Origin: Haliotis rufescens
Lineage: Eukaryota
DNA length: 64,000 bases
Assembly (NCBI RefSeq): GCF_023055435.1
Contig: NW_025963780.1
Span: forward strand, 4,030,001-4,094,000
Direction: 5' to 3'
Numbering within the stretch: position 1 is the stretch's first letter; every line of letters starts with the position of its first letter. Positions 13,277 to 26,332 of this stretch are shown here, piece after piece. The translations under genes and the position numbers were made by a program. The notes beneath the pieces were generated by a model. It made no database searches. It worked only from the letters and a program-made list of their open reading frames with translations, and was not told the origin of the DNA.

Positions 13277-16200
13277 GGTGAGAACAGTCAGAGGGGAATG
13301 TGACTGCAATAATTTAAATTTAAAAGACCGCTAGGCTCGTTGCAATGGGAGTTCTAGCAAGATTCATTAAAGTTTATGGTTTATATCAATCTGTAGCTAG
13401 CAAATACAGTCAGACATCGTTGTGTCAAAGTCAAAAGTCAAATATCTTTATTGTATCAAAGGCCATCGGCCCACATACAAGTTCAGATAAATACAGTGGG
13501 TGAGAATTTACAGATTGGGAGATACAACAAAAATTATATAAATATAACATTCATTTAACAATCGGTGATAATCATGAGGACTTTCTAGGGTGAGGTAATT
13601 AAAATTATGAATTTCCACTCAACATGTTATTTCGTAGTTCCATCCCATGTTTTACAAATAAAGATAGTTTAAACTTGTGTCGAAGTTGAAGGAACATACG
13701 TAAATTCTTCGAGTCATCCGAAGTTCGAATTCCACACAACCGAAAATTATTAATAGAACTTTAACTTAGAGACAAGCGTAAGTTCGACACATTTAAGTTC
13801 GACACAATGGTGTTTAACTGTAATATTACCTCTAATTTCAGCTATTTTTCATATATGGCTGTACTTCAAGCATCTAACGCTACACTTGTAATGAGTAACA
13901 GACCCGAGTGAAAAATTCCTCTTTGACGTGAAATTCGATTCACTTGTGAATATAATCATTTGAAATGACAGCACAAAGCCCTATTCATGCTGATCGAGGT
14001 AATTGAAGGGTGTACCTCGTTACCTTGTTTTCCTGTAAACATTTGGACAGCTCCTGTGCAGATGGCAAAAGTACATGGTATATTGCCTGACTGTAGTGTG
14101 TATGTAGCGCATAAAACATCTCTCACACTCTCTGTATCAACGTAAATACGTTATAAAATGTGCAAGCTTAAGACCAAAGTCCTCATAACACCATCGCTAC
14201 CGCCCAACATTACTGGCCTCAATTATTGTTGAAGGCTTTGACCCAAGCCCAAAGAAGAAATAATTTTCTTCTTATCCATTGATAATACTTTCTCCTCGAC
14301 TATTTCTCAGTTGTAACCAGTGGTGACAAGTGAAAAACTATTGTCCTCACAACATATATAAGCCCTGCTGGATAGACCTGAAAAGGATATTCTGAATTGT
14401 ATAATATGCTTCAGTTCAGTGGCCCATTGACAGGGACCATGGCTTGACTATGAACTTTCTTCAGTACGATATTTTAAACGGACTTGCCTTGAAGTTTAAA
14501 GTAGAAGTACTTCGCATCAGGTGTGGATGTTTCAAAGGCTCTGCGTTCAAAATACTAGGATATCTAAAATTCATTCATTGAACAGGGGGAGGCGTCTGAT
14601 AATACAACTGAAATGTACGTATCTATTATTGATTAGCTCAAGGGCGTATAGTGTCATTCTGAATACAAATATGGTAATAAAACCTGTTCTCAACAAAGTA
14701 TTTTGCTTAGCTCACACCGAAAAGAGAAGGACAGCGCTATTTATTTTCGTTACACAACTAATGTCCGACTTTGTACGCGGTACACCGAAAACTGATAACG
14801 ATCAAAATTATTTCTTCGTTTGTTGTGTTCCTCAGCAACATCAGTACCAGTAAATAATCAAGTCTGGGTCATACAGTGGCTGACATTATGAGGAACGGTC
14901 CACGCTCCAGGTTTACGAGGACATGCAATCAACCAAGCCACTGAGCTTGACCAGCCGATCCATTAGTCACCTCTTAGGAAAAGCATAGGTAACTTGGGTA
15001 TATATCATTTCTGCCCCCACAACGGTGCTTATCAATAGGGCATGAAAAAGCAAGCACCATAAGGGGCATAAACAAGGTTATAAACAGTTTTCATTTATGA
15101 TTTTGAATTTGTTTCAATATATTTCTTTAGCTTAGCTCAGTTAAACAGCAATTAACTAAACTCCTCAAAAATATATATATGAGTTTTGAATTATGTACTT
15201 AAAGAATCACAATATGATGAAATAAGGACATACTGACGGTTAAGTATACAGTGCTTGAGATCACTCCGTGTACGTAAAAAAATCTTGTTGGTGAACTAAC
15301 TTTATTTTGGGGACCAATATGCCAGTCCATATGTTAACTGCAACTGACATCATTCTCGTAGGAAATAGTACTCTTGTGTTAGTGACCCATATCTCCATAG
15401 CCAGTAGGTATACCGAGGTTTCCGCTGACACAGCTATTTCGGGCAGAACTGCTGAATTCCATTTTAATCATGCCCGAATTAGTGAGTGGGAGGATAGATT
15501 TTTACACCACCTGAAAAGGGTTTCACACATTGAACCCATGATCGGAATCGAACCCTCTTCTTCAGCGTGACCTGCCAACGCCTAATGTGTGGAATGAGTG
15601 GCCAAAGTCCATGCAGTTCTTGACGCGTACCCGGCCTCCCCGCCCCCGACACAAATATGTGATTCACTGCGCCAATGCTGTACACAACCTTTGTACCCGA
15701 TACACACGCCCGTGACCTGCTCCGTACACAAATATTAAAGCATGGAATGGCTGTGGAGGCCGACGAGTAGACACAAGCTGAGTCTGTCCCGTGTTGAGTA
15801 CACGAGATAAGCTTAAGTATATACAAGCCGCTGGCGAGTACCTGACCGAAATTTCAAACACCCTACACAGAGAATTAACCACCTACTCCTTCATTCTGGC
15901 ACGGATGTCGGATTTGGGTGAAGTTCAGCCCTTTCAGCGCTCACATTTGGGCGTGGTTCGACCCGTGTACTCTCGGAATTATACCAGTGTCTGATTTTAC
16001 CTCTGTTTGCCTCGAGTGTGGAACAGTTAGATGTTAGTGAGATAGGTTAGCTATATGTTTTTCTGTTTGTAGTTTAACTCCGCACTCGGCAATATCCCAT
16101 CTATACAACAGAGTTCTGTATATAATCCACTCTGGACCAGACAATCCAGTGATTGGTGTGAGCAGCTTTCTCCGCCGTCGGGGTACGATGACATGCTATC

Positions 16201-16351
16201 AACCAAGTCACCGAACTTTATCCAAGCCCCATGAATACTTGAATTTGAAGTAGAAGTACAGTAGATATTGCAGTAGATGTTACAGTAGATGATGTTGTAG
16301 ATGCAGTAGGTGTTATTGTAGATATAGAAGTACGCTATCGTTTGTGTGTCG

Positions 16352-16605
16352 GTTTGTTGTTTAACGCCACACTCAGCAATATTCCAGCTATATGACGGCG
16401 GTCTGTAAATAATCGAGTCTGGACCAGACAATCCAGTGACATCATGAGCATCGATCCACGAAATTGGGATACGTTGACATGCATCAACCAAGTCAGCGAG
16501 CCCGACCACCAGATCACGTTAGTCGCCCCTTACGACAAGCATAGTCGCCTTTTACGACAAGCATTGGTTGTTGAACACCTATTTTACCCCAGATCTTCAC
16601 GGGTC
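16352..16605 (-). mobile_element. SINE-like family B
   Basis: Full-length reverse copy. Confidence 0.85.
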
Positions 16606-17357
16606 AAAATGCTATCATAATATTTCTGATTTCCATGGAGCCCGGGTAGATGACACCTGAAAATACAACTGACTTTGTGTCGATACGTATCCCAACGTTT
16701 CCCAAGGGAATTGGTCAGAATGGTTCACTTGACCCATACATATTCCCATCAATCTGAAGCTCTATTATCTGAAAATAACTAAGTGACAATTAGTTTACTA
16801 CATGCGCACCAATTGTGCAGCCGTTCGGCGTGTGGTAATGATCGCCATAATATTCCTGTCATTGAGTAGTGAAGAATTCCAACCCTGCACATACACTCAT
16901 TTCTGGTGATACACGTTTGTGATCTGACGTGTGTCGTATCCACCTTTTTGAGTAAGTGTTTTGCTCTGAACGGTAATGCGAATATATCACGGCGTGTCAG
17001 CTTGTAAAGACAGAAGTGATGCTGGTCTCAGGCTTTTAGCAGTTTATTTACAACCACGACGGATGTGGTGCTGACAAACCTAGCAATATAACCAGTAAGC
17101 TCTTGATTCGAACCCACAATCCTAAGTGACGCAACTTTGCATAGCGAATTGCAGCTGCTCTGGGGAACTGGTCACCCAGTCCGTCCCATGAGTTTGTCAT
17201 TCAGACCAGATTAAAAACAACATCCTTAAGCTAGAATGTCTAACACTGTCTCTTAATCCATCAACATCTATTAAACATCGTGTTATAAAGCCCTTGTCAT
17301 TGTCTTTAACAAATTACATTTGTTTTCCAGATCTCAAGCGGCTTGTGACGTCACAAG

Positions 17358-18719
17358 ATGGACGGGAAGGATGAGAACAACCATTTGGAGGCCATCAGCC
17401 GGGCGATGTACAAGTTCCGGGATTACGTTATCCACGTCATGTCATTCCTCATGTACAGATTCACGCGCTCAATCATTGTCACGTTCCAGAAATTCACGTG
17501 GGCTGTCACGGGCGTGGAGCGAATCCGTCGTGACGCCAAACGGGGATTGCAATTCAAACAAAGTGCGCATGTGCAGGAGATATTCTGGAAGCGGAAGTTC
17601 CTGCCTACCACCATTGCGGACCCTAATAACTTTATCGCCCTGCATAAAGGATTCAAACACCCAAACTATGTTCTCAAGCCTTTCGTATCGCTATACTGCA
17701 TGACGAAAGATGAAGCAGTGTTTGTTGAAACTCCCGAAGGTGTTAACATATACCGTGACAAAAAGTCAAGACCTTTATACGAGGCTCAATTTGAGCATGC
17801 GACAAAGATGATAACGATGCCCTTAGCTTCCTTCCACAAAATTGCTTCTGATGTTGGGGACCCCCGAACGAGGGTGGTCTGGTTGTCCAGCACAGATCAC
17901 TGCGGGTCATCCCTCTTGGCCCAGGTATTCTCTAGGGTGCCTGGGATGATGGTCATTTTGGAACCAGACGCCATAACGAAACTTGGGTTCCTGTGGAAAT
18001 ACCACATTTTGAAGAAGGGGGAATATGAACAGCTGCTAGCTAGCGCAGTTCGTCTGCTCTGCAAACCAGACGACAGGGCGGGGATGATCTGCGTGAAAAC
18101 CCGGTCATGCGCAACACGCCAGGTCGAAGACATTGTGATGCTGTTCCCCAAGATAAGACAACTCTTCATGTATAGAAACAGCCTCAAGACCCTTGTGTCA
18201 TCCCTTAACATGTTACAAATAGACCCGGCGGCTAAGGCGATGCGATTCGTAATGGATAATGACATTCTATCCACAATATTTCCATGTTTTAGGTCAATGA
18301 TGTACAATTACTACGTTAGACTCAACGAGAAGCAGATAGACACTCTCAGACCATCCAAGATGTCCACCGTAGGCATCTTCACCGCGGCGTGGGCAGCGGC
18401 CGTAGCCAGAGTCGTGGAGAATAGGGAGAAGGGCTTCCACATCATGCCCGTTCTTTATGAAGACATCATGAAGGATCCCAGAAGGAGTTGCGCCATTCTG
18501 TTTGACCGTCTTGACATTCGCAAGGAAGCGTTGGCGTTAGCTCTGGAGGCGTTCAAAGTGGATTCGCAGAGGAGTGCGGTGTATGGTTTAATGAACACGG
18601 ATACCCGTCGCGCTATCCCACAGGAAAGTAGGATAGAGGCGGATACTATTCTCAAGAAGTATGGACTTCTCAAACTAGGGGAGAGGTTTGAGATTCCTGG
18701 TTTGATCAAGCTGGATTAA
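17358..18719 (+). CDS. Sulfotransferase-like P-loop protein, 453 aa, single coding exon
   Basis: Long uninterrupted non-repetitive ORF. Motifs resemble the PAPS-dependent sulfotransferase fold: VVWLSSTDHCGSSLLAQVF (5'-PSB-like loop), LEPD, LFMYRN (3'-PB-like) and YEDIMKDP. A splice acceptor (ttgttttccag, ending 17330) lies just upstream, implying an upstream 5'UTR exon. Family assignment is by motif recognition, not an HMM search. Confidence 0.85.
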   Translation: MDGKDENNHLEAISRAMYKFRDYVIHVMSFLMYRFTRSIIVTFQKFTWAVTGVERIRRDAKRGLQFKQSAHVQEIFWKRKFLPTTIADPNNFIALHKGFKHPNYVLKPFVSLYCMTKDEAVFVETPEGVNIYRDKKSRPLYEAQFEHATKMITMPLASFHKIASDVGDPRTRVVWLSSTDHCGSSLLAQVFSRVPGMMVILEPDAITKLGFLWKYHILKKGEYEQLLASAVRLLCKPDDRAGMICVKTRSCATRQVEDIVMLFPKIRQLFMYRNSLKTLVSSLNMLQIDPAAKAMRFVMDNDILSTIFPCFRSMMYNYYVRLNEKQIDTLRPSKMSTVGIFTAAWAAAVARVVENREKGFHIMPVLYEDIMKDPRRSCAILFDRLDIRKEALALALEAFKVDSQRSAVYGLMNTDTRRAIPQESRIEADTILKKYGLLKLGERFEIPGLIKLD

Positions 18720-21700
18720 TAACATTAAATTATAAAAGGCGGTTCTATTCTACAGACAATGATTGAAAACGCTCAGGGCACGTTTTTGTGCCTAACAGCT
18801 GACAGCGTTTTATGCGTGTACCAGCATGTATTTGCAGCTGAATAACATCTTGAACGCCGCGGACGCTCATCCTACCTTAAGATCCAAGTTTAAAAATCAA
18901 AAGCATCGTCATGAAAATATTGGAATCAAACCATCTTGAACAATGCAACTCCACATCACTACCTTTGAACTTCCGCTTGATTATGAATCATGAAGACATT
19001 TGAAAAGCATAATCATAAATTATGTTAGAAATTGAACCATGCATCTTGAAAAGTTTAGCATCATAACAGTAATGTTTGGTAAAGGTCTCAGGACCACCTT
19101 TACCTGAGACATCCATCTTTAACAAGGCGCCTGAACTTGCCGTTCAGTCCAATAGTACCTCGGACTGCATTAGGAGGAATCCATTGCCACTCGAGGTATA
19201 TCTCGTCAGCGGAATAAGCCGAGTGATCCCGAGTGCCTACCAAAGAAGCAGGCATCTTCTCCGGGAGGATGGAAATCAGGAATGACAGTGCTAATGCATT
19301 GAGAACAGGACGTTAGTAATATAACATATAAGCGGCACTAGGCTCCCTCAGATTCTTGCCCATACCCACAACATGCCATATGTTATACTGAGACATTGCC
19401 CCCGTGGAATCAGACATAATTCATCAACTACCATTTGTCCAAAAAAATTGAATCAGGTTTGCTTAGTCTGCTAAATGGAGTCGAGTTGCCCTTTAAGCCA
19501 CGTGTACATATCGCTTGTTGCTGGCCGTAGGATAGTAATGTAATATAGGCTAGTTGTCCTGCTGGATTTGTGGAATAGGTACATAGACGTGTAGAAAATA
19601 TGTTGGAATGTGAGGATGTGTGAGAAGAGTCTAGTCCCTCCATTGAACGTTATTCCCATGAGGCACGGGTTAGAATTGGTCCCCGGTAATCTATGCTTGT
19701 CGTAAAGGCGAATAAAATGTACTGTAGGTCTGGCTCGGTGATTTGGGTGCGTGTCATCGCACCCAGACAACGCCAGATGGTGGTTGTAATATCCATCACT
19801 TGGTTGCTTGGTCTAGTTTCGATATTTGACAGATCGTCGTCATAAAGCTGGAATATTGCTTTCAATGTCAGCGAGCACTTCTCCGTTGCAAGTGCGATTG
19901 GGACGCCTTGTGGTTAAAGCGTTTGCTCACAACGCCGAGGACCCAGTTTCGATTTCTTGAGCCTAAAACCATAGATTAACCATCGTTAGAAGGACGTAAT
20001 GAGTGAGTCAGTATGGTACGCTGCTTTTAGCAATATTGATGATATCTCAAAGCGAATGTCACAAAGAAATAGCCTTCAGACATTGTACAAGTAGGGATAT
20101 AAACTTGCATCTGAACTCTTGATCCACTAAGCTTCCCAATCGCCCGAACGTGAATGCGAGATGACATTCTGTCGTTGTATTAAATCAGAAGGGTTGCGTT
20201 GTCGTTCCTTTGGTATTTAAGCTAATGTTGAAGCTCGATCACATGATAGATGAGTTTAAATGCTTATAACTACTTAAATACATGTTATTCATTATTGGAA
20301 TGCATTGGCAACATTTCATAACTACTTAATAAACCCCTCGTTGTTCGTGTTTTAGTTTGCTTTCGGAAGTCAAATGGAATCTTTTGATCCAAAATGCTTA
20401 AAAACTGAAAAGTCACTGAAAAGAAAAGTTTAGGTTGTAAAACGATACAGGTCGTGTATCCGCGTCGCTTTCGCTCACCACATTAACGTCCTTCACGAGA
20501 GGACAAAACATCGAAGAGGTTAGGAAAGATATTTCTGAGTCATTGAGCTTGGTCGACGTCTTTCTTTGTGCCATTGGAGGGTGTGTGTGTTGTATATGAT
20601 AGCACGTAAAGCGTTTGCTCGTCACGCCGAAGCCCGGCTTCGATTCCCCACAATGTGATGCTCATTTCTGGTGTCCCCAGCCGTGATTTTGCTAGAATAT
20701 TGTTATAAACGGCGTAAAACCTTACTCCCTACTAATGCCTGGTCATTGTTGTGGCAGTCCTTGGTCGTCTCATGGGAGAACTCGAAGTACAGCTCAGCCA
20801 TGTACAGTACGGCCGACAAATAACCAACACGTGTCTGCCTTTATTTACACTCCCTGATTGTTCACTGAAGCCCGCGGTTAGTCTTGCGTTTCAGTTGCAA
20901 GATTTCTAGAATTTCACAAAACTGAAATGTCTCGTACAAAGTCCACCTTCGTTTAGATAGTTTAGGTGGCCGTCATTTCATGTACCGACCACACGTTGAG
21001 TACGTGACGATATGTACTGCAACCATGATCGCGTCACTCTCTCCGGAAAGTCATCCCTGTTTCACATTCAGTTACAACATAATAGTTCTTAATTCCTTCT
21101 TTAGTTTCTATCATAAATCAGCTCTCTTAGGTAAATATTTGAGCTTACTAGTCTAGTTCCATTCCATCCCTTTCTTGTGTAACAGCATTCTATGACAAAA
21201 TTTAGGTACTGTATATTAATGTTGGTGCCAATTTTATGCACGGGGGCACGGCTGGCCCAGTCGTCTAAGGCGTCGCAATTCGCTGTGCAGAGTTGCCTCC
21301 CTTGGACACGTAAGAAACATGTGATTATGTTTCTAGGTTTGTCAGCACCATTTCCGTGCTCGTGGATTTCACCGAAGTGGTAAACGTCTAAGACCTGCAT
21401 CACTTCTGGCATTCCTCCCACATTAAGCTGACACGCGGCGATAAAACTGGAATACTGTTCAAAGCGGCCTTAAACCCAACTCAAACGATTTTCTGCCACA
21501 CCCTTACACCCTCACCGACAAATTCTCGGTCTTCTTTGAATATTAAAGCATGAATATGTGACGCATGAAGAATGTGTGTTTCGTTGCCTTATATCACAAT
21601 TGTATATTTAATACGTATATATAATCATAATTGGCGACATTCTGAATCATGTTATCATACGATTACTAATTGCCAATTTGTACCATATAATTGTGTCTAA

Positions 21701-23002
21701 TTGTGTTACATGTGTCATCAGATGTATTTCATCTCACATGTTTATGATTGTTGGTGATTGTGGCATTTTGTGTGTGCTTTCACAATGAAAACGATTCGAA
21801 ATGTTATTTTGTAACATGCGTTTGATATAAAACTGACGTTATTAAAGTTGTTCCAGTTAGTTTTTCTTTCACGAATTCGTCAATGAGTTGACATGTATTA
21901 AAAAAATATGCTGAATTTAGTTTGGACAGATTATTGTTTGCGACCGAGACACCAAAACGCTCAACTCAAAATATTGTATGGCCTCTGCCATCTACAGAAA
22001 CTGTAAGAATTGACAGAAATAGAAGTAAAACCGTTTCCGGCAAATATATTATTGTGAAACGTGGGACTGCCTGCAGCAATCTGATTGGTTGACAAACGTG
22101 ATTTGGTAGGATTCGAAGCCCGGTAATCTAGACTGTTCACTGCGCATGAATATTTTTCTAAATACGTTTTTTTTCTTCTCAGTCCCCAATTTGAAAAATG
22201 TGCCATTCGGCTTTGCCACGTTAATTAAATATGTAGTAAGTAAATATTATCACGTAGAGAGAAGGTGCTTCAGAAAATGGCTGGTAACTATTGTATTTTT
22301 CAATGTCGATAAACAATAAGTGTTCTCAGATTTGCGGATGTTATGGGTCATTATAAGCAATCGTTGAACGAGTACAGATAATATCACCATTTTATTTGAA
22401 GCAAATGCAAGTGATATGAGAGGTGGCATCTGATTGTCAATAGGAGGGACATAGAAGGGACACAACTCATAATAGCCACTGGTGACTCTACGATTGAGCC
22501 CAGAAATTCCAGCCAAGTTCAGCAAGGGTGGAAACTGGACTTTCACAGTCAGTTAACTCCCTTGCCTCGGGAAGATGGAACTTGATATGACACTTACAGA
22601 TGAATATGAAATAGATCGTGTCTGAATGTCTCATCCGACAAATGTTGAAGCTCACACAAATACCCACTGTAGTGTGGAGGCTATAGCAGGCTTACGTAAA
22701 ACATACGATTCGGTTCTTTGCAATGACCCAAAACATTCTGTTCATACACTCTCGAATATAACATGATATTGAATGCTTGTTGTTTGGACATGTTTCGGAT
22801 AAAGGATAAGTCAGTGAAATAACTTCATAGAAAGTGTGTTCAAACACAAGGCATGAATACATTGAACCGGGCCAACCCGCCCTGTTTTCTCGTGCAGCTC
22901 GTGTAGCTCGTGCTAGTGACAAAGGCCATTGCAACATATCACGGCATGGGAAAGTGCAGGTGTGAAATAAACTACTATGACATACCAATATGCCAGGACT
23001 GA

Positions 23003-23281
23003 ATGAGTGAGTGAGTTGGGTTTAACGGCGCTTTTAACAGTATTACAGTTATATCGCGGCGTGTCAGCTTAATGTGGGAAGAAAGCCCGGAGTGATGCAG
23101 GTCTCGGACGTTTAACACTTCGGTGAAACCCACGAGCACGGGTATGGTGCTGACAAGCCTAGAAACATAATCGGGGCAAACCGGGATTCGAACCCACAAT
23201 CATAGGTTTCTGGCGTGCCCAAGGGACGCAACTCTGCACAGCGAATCGCTTCGCCTTAGACAACTGGGCCACTCGTGCCAC
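23003..23281 (-). mobile_element. SINE family C with TSD
   Basis: Reverse copy flanked by tgccaggactga. Confidence 0.88.
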
Positions 23282-23463
23282 CTGCCAGGACTGATCAACT
23301 ACAGTAATATGAAAGAATCATGTGGTACTTAACTTCAAATTATGATTATGTCCACACAATTATCACGAGGTTTCTCGTAACTTTGAAATTAGATGTTTCC
23401 ATTAGACCAAAATTCTAAGTAACATGGCCTTCATATTCAAGTTTTATTGATGTGAAGATTCAT

Positions 23464-23542
23464 CTACACCCAGCTTAGTTCTCCTTCAATCGGCGTGTCG
23501 TGTTCATCAAGGTCACAGATCTCGAACTTGAAACGACGGTCC
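23464..23542 (-). CDS. Dermatopontin/HAAF-like gene, last coding exon
   Basis: Acceptor ctcattttaag|, then (E)DRRFKFEICDLDEHDTPIEGELSWV*, completing the third H-x-N-x-x-E-D-R repeat. Spliced CDS 223+132+124+79 = 558 nt = 185 aa plus stop. Confidence 0.88.
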
Positions 23543-23606
23543 CTTAAAATGAGATAATTGCATAAAAGTCAGTAATATAAGCATACCAAGTTTCATAAGT
23601 TTAAAC

Positions 23607-23840
23607 ACCCGTGAAGATCCGGGGTAGAATAGGTCTTCAGCAACCCATGCTTGTCGTAAGAGGCGACTAACGGGATCGGGTGGTCAGGCTCGCTGACTTG
23701 GTTGATGCATGTCATTGATCCCAAGTGCGTGGATCGATGCTCATGATATTAATCACTGGATTGTCTTGTCCAGACTCGATAATTTACAGACCGCCGTCAA
23801 ATAGCTGGAATATTGCTGAGTGCGGCTTTAAACAACAAAT
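23607..23840 (+). mobile_element. SINE-like family B (single-hairpin variant) in the last intron of the dermatopontin-like gene
   Basis: TSD ataagtttaaac; starts acccgtgaagatcc. Confidence 0.88.
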
Positions 23841-24514
23841 AAGTTTAAACTGCCCATTTGAGAAATATACACGTTACGGAATAAAAGAACAGCAACCTGT
23901 AAATCCATGTATACTAAAAGAATAAAACGCAATGTATTCCAGCTTGATAACGGTTGTCGACCTGTGATGATCTGGGTTAGAATAGGTCTTCAGCAACCCA
24001 TGCTAATGTAAAAGGCGACAATATGCTTGTGTGCGAAGCGACTAACGGGATCAGGTGCTCTGGCTCGCTGACATGCAAGTCATCGTATCCCAATTGCGTT
24101 GATCGATGCTCATGTTGTCAATCACTGGATTTCTTGTCCAAAATCGATTATTTACAGACCGCCGTCATATAGCTGTAATATTGCTGAGTGCAGTGTTAAA
24201 CAACAAACAAACAAACACATATACAAACAAACAAACATGATAACGGTGTCAGAATCTCCATCGAAATGTCGCTATATGCAATAAACCAGAAGTTGTTATC
24301 CATAAGGTTGTACGGAACCTCTTTTTAAAGAAAGTATTGTAGCAAAACAGATAAAAATACACGTGTTTAGCATTAAATATCCATATTGCGTTAAAGTGAC
24401 ATACGCGACCGACATGGATATCTTCCAACAAACAATACGTATATGATTACATGTGATGTGTGTTTATGCGCGTACAGACATTTTAAACTGAAATATATAT
24501 CGAAGACAACTCAC

Positions 24515-24638
24515 TCTTCCTTGTTCTCGTGGTAGCTGTCGATGCCGCGCATGACTTTCCCGGAAGGCACAACGTAGTCCATGTGCTCGTCGAACTTGTT
24601 GACGTAAGCCGTGAAGTAGCAGGACCCAGTTATAAAGC
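24515..24638 (-). CDS. Dermatopontin/HAAF-like gene, coding exon 3
   Basis: Acceptor caacgcag|, then (G)FITGSCYFTAYVNKFDEHMDYVVPSGKVMRGIDSYHENKE(E), phase-2 donor GA|GTGAGT. Confidence 0.88.
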
Positions 24639-24654
24639 CTGCGTTGAAGCATTT

Positions 24655-24777
24655 GATAATAATAGTAATAATAAACATCATCATCATCATCATCAACATC
24701 ATCCAAGCAGCAGTAGCAGTAGTGGTAGTTATAATAATGGCAAGAAGGATGACGACGCTGACGGCGCGGCCGACGAA

Positions 24778-24823
<46 letters not shown>
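24655..24823. repeat. Compound trinucleotide microsatellites (AAT, CAT, AGC/AGT, GAT) in dermatopontin-like intron 2
   Basis: Directly visible runs. Confidence 0.9.
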
Positions 24824-24825
<2 letters not shown>

Positions 24826-24959
24826 ACTGCGTGCATGAGCCGAGCCAAAAAGTAGTGATCGTGGATTCGTATCCAATGTTTCGAGGAGAGTTGGAGTGAC
24901 TTGAATACAACTTGCTATAATCGCTAACAGGTCTCACCGCGTTAAACATCCACAATTAC

Positions 24960-25091
24960 CTGATATTTCGCAGCAGTAGAACTTGAAACGACGATCTTCA
25001 TAATGGTTGTCATGGATACTGCTAATTCCCGCAATGATGCCATCACTTGCACATTGGAAGGTTAACGGTTGATCAAAGTCATTTTCGTAAT
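24960..25091 (-). CDS. Dermatopontin/HAAF-like gene, coding exon 2
   Basis: Acceptor tttcatag|, then (D)YENDFDQPLTFQCASDGIIAGISSIHDNHYEDRRFKFYCCEIS(G), donor G|GTAATT. 132 nt, phases 1/1 match the neighbouring exons. Confidence 0.9.
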
Positions 25092-26332
25092 CTATGAAAT
25101 AGATAGCATGTGACACTGATAGAATAGATAATAGTAGTGCAAAATATACGTTCTGTCGCTCTGCCGTGTGACGATTACTGTTTCATTGCAGACGTATGTT
25201 CAAAAGGCATTCTATCAATTAATATTTCACTCAAAGTAACATATTCACTACAATATTGTTTTTTTTATATATAATTTCTTTATTTTTCTAAAGCATTTAC
25301 ATGGTTTTGCAAAACAATACATTCAAAGAAATAAAGCATGGCAGCTTGACCAAAGTTTACTGAAGTAAACTCTATGACAATTAAAGACCGAAGCATAATT
25401 TATTAGCTTATAAAAATCAGTGAGATCCTGCAGAAACTGGAATGTTGGTGGATAGTTATTATTTCTTAAGATGAAAATGATTCGTTTTGACAAAATAATG
25501 ATATAAGGTTTAACGGATTGTTATTTCTCGATAAATAACCAAAAAAATAATGCACTGCAAAACGTTGGTGGACGATGCGTGCTTTCCCTGGGTAGCGGTA
25601 AGCAGTACCCCGTTGACGTTGTGCTTTGCCATTAGCGTTGCATACTACAAATCTCGGACCACATCGTTACGCTGCCACCTACAGATGGTAATCTCCCTGC
25701 CAGAACAACGAGTTGCACATTCTTCCCGTTGAGTGAGTATGGTTTTACGTCGCTTTTAGCAATATTCCAGCAATATCACGGCGGGAGACACCAGAAACTG
25801 GCTTCACACATTGTACCCATGTCGGGAATCGAACCTGGGTCTTCGGCGTGACGAGCGAACGCTTTAACCACTGGGCTACCCGACCGCCCCGATGGTGTGT
25901 TTAAGTTCCTCTACTCTGAAAAGGAGCTGGCTAAGATAGTAATTTTTTATCGCTGGTTTAAGGCCAAACTGTGCACACATGTACACGTAATAGCTGTTGG
26001 ATGCTCAGTTAATTCTGTTTTTTAATATAGCGTTACTATATAAGTCTATGAGAAAACGTTTCTGACGGAACAAGCTTCCGTGTGGCCCGTCCTGTCGACA
26101 TAAATGGCATATTACTGTTGGTCTCTGGTCTCTTCAAGCATTGATGAATATTGTGAACTGTTTGTACACCCATATCCGTCTTGTGATGTCTGCTCGTGTT
26201 TTTCAAACGTCAGCGAATAAAGTCATTTGACTTGAAGTTCCGTGAACTAAAGCGAGAATTCCAGTTGCATTTCTGCGATTGGTTTGGGAACATCATTTTT
26301 TTCATTTTGGCATAGTTTCTTTTGATCGTCAG

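Noticed and set aside
24464-24955. Poly-His, poly-Asp and poly-Met ORFs
   Set aside because: Intronic microsatellites; only 24515-24638 is a real exon.
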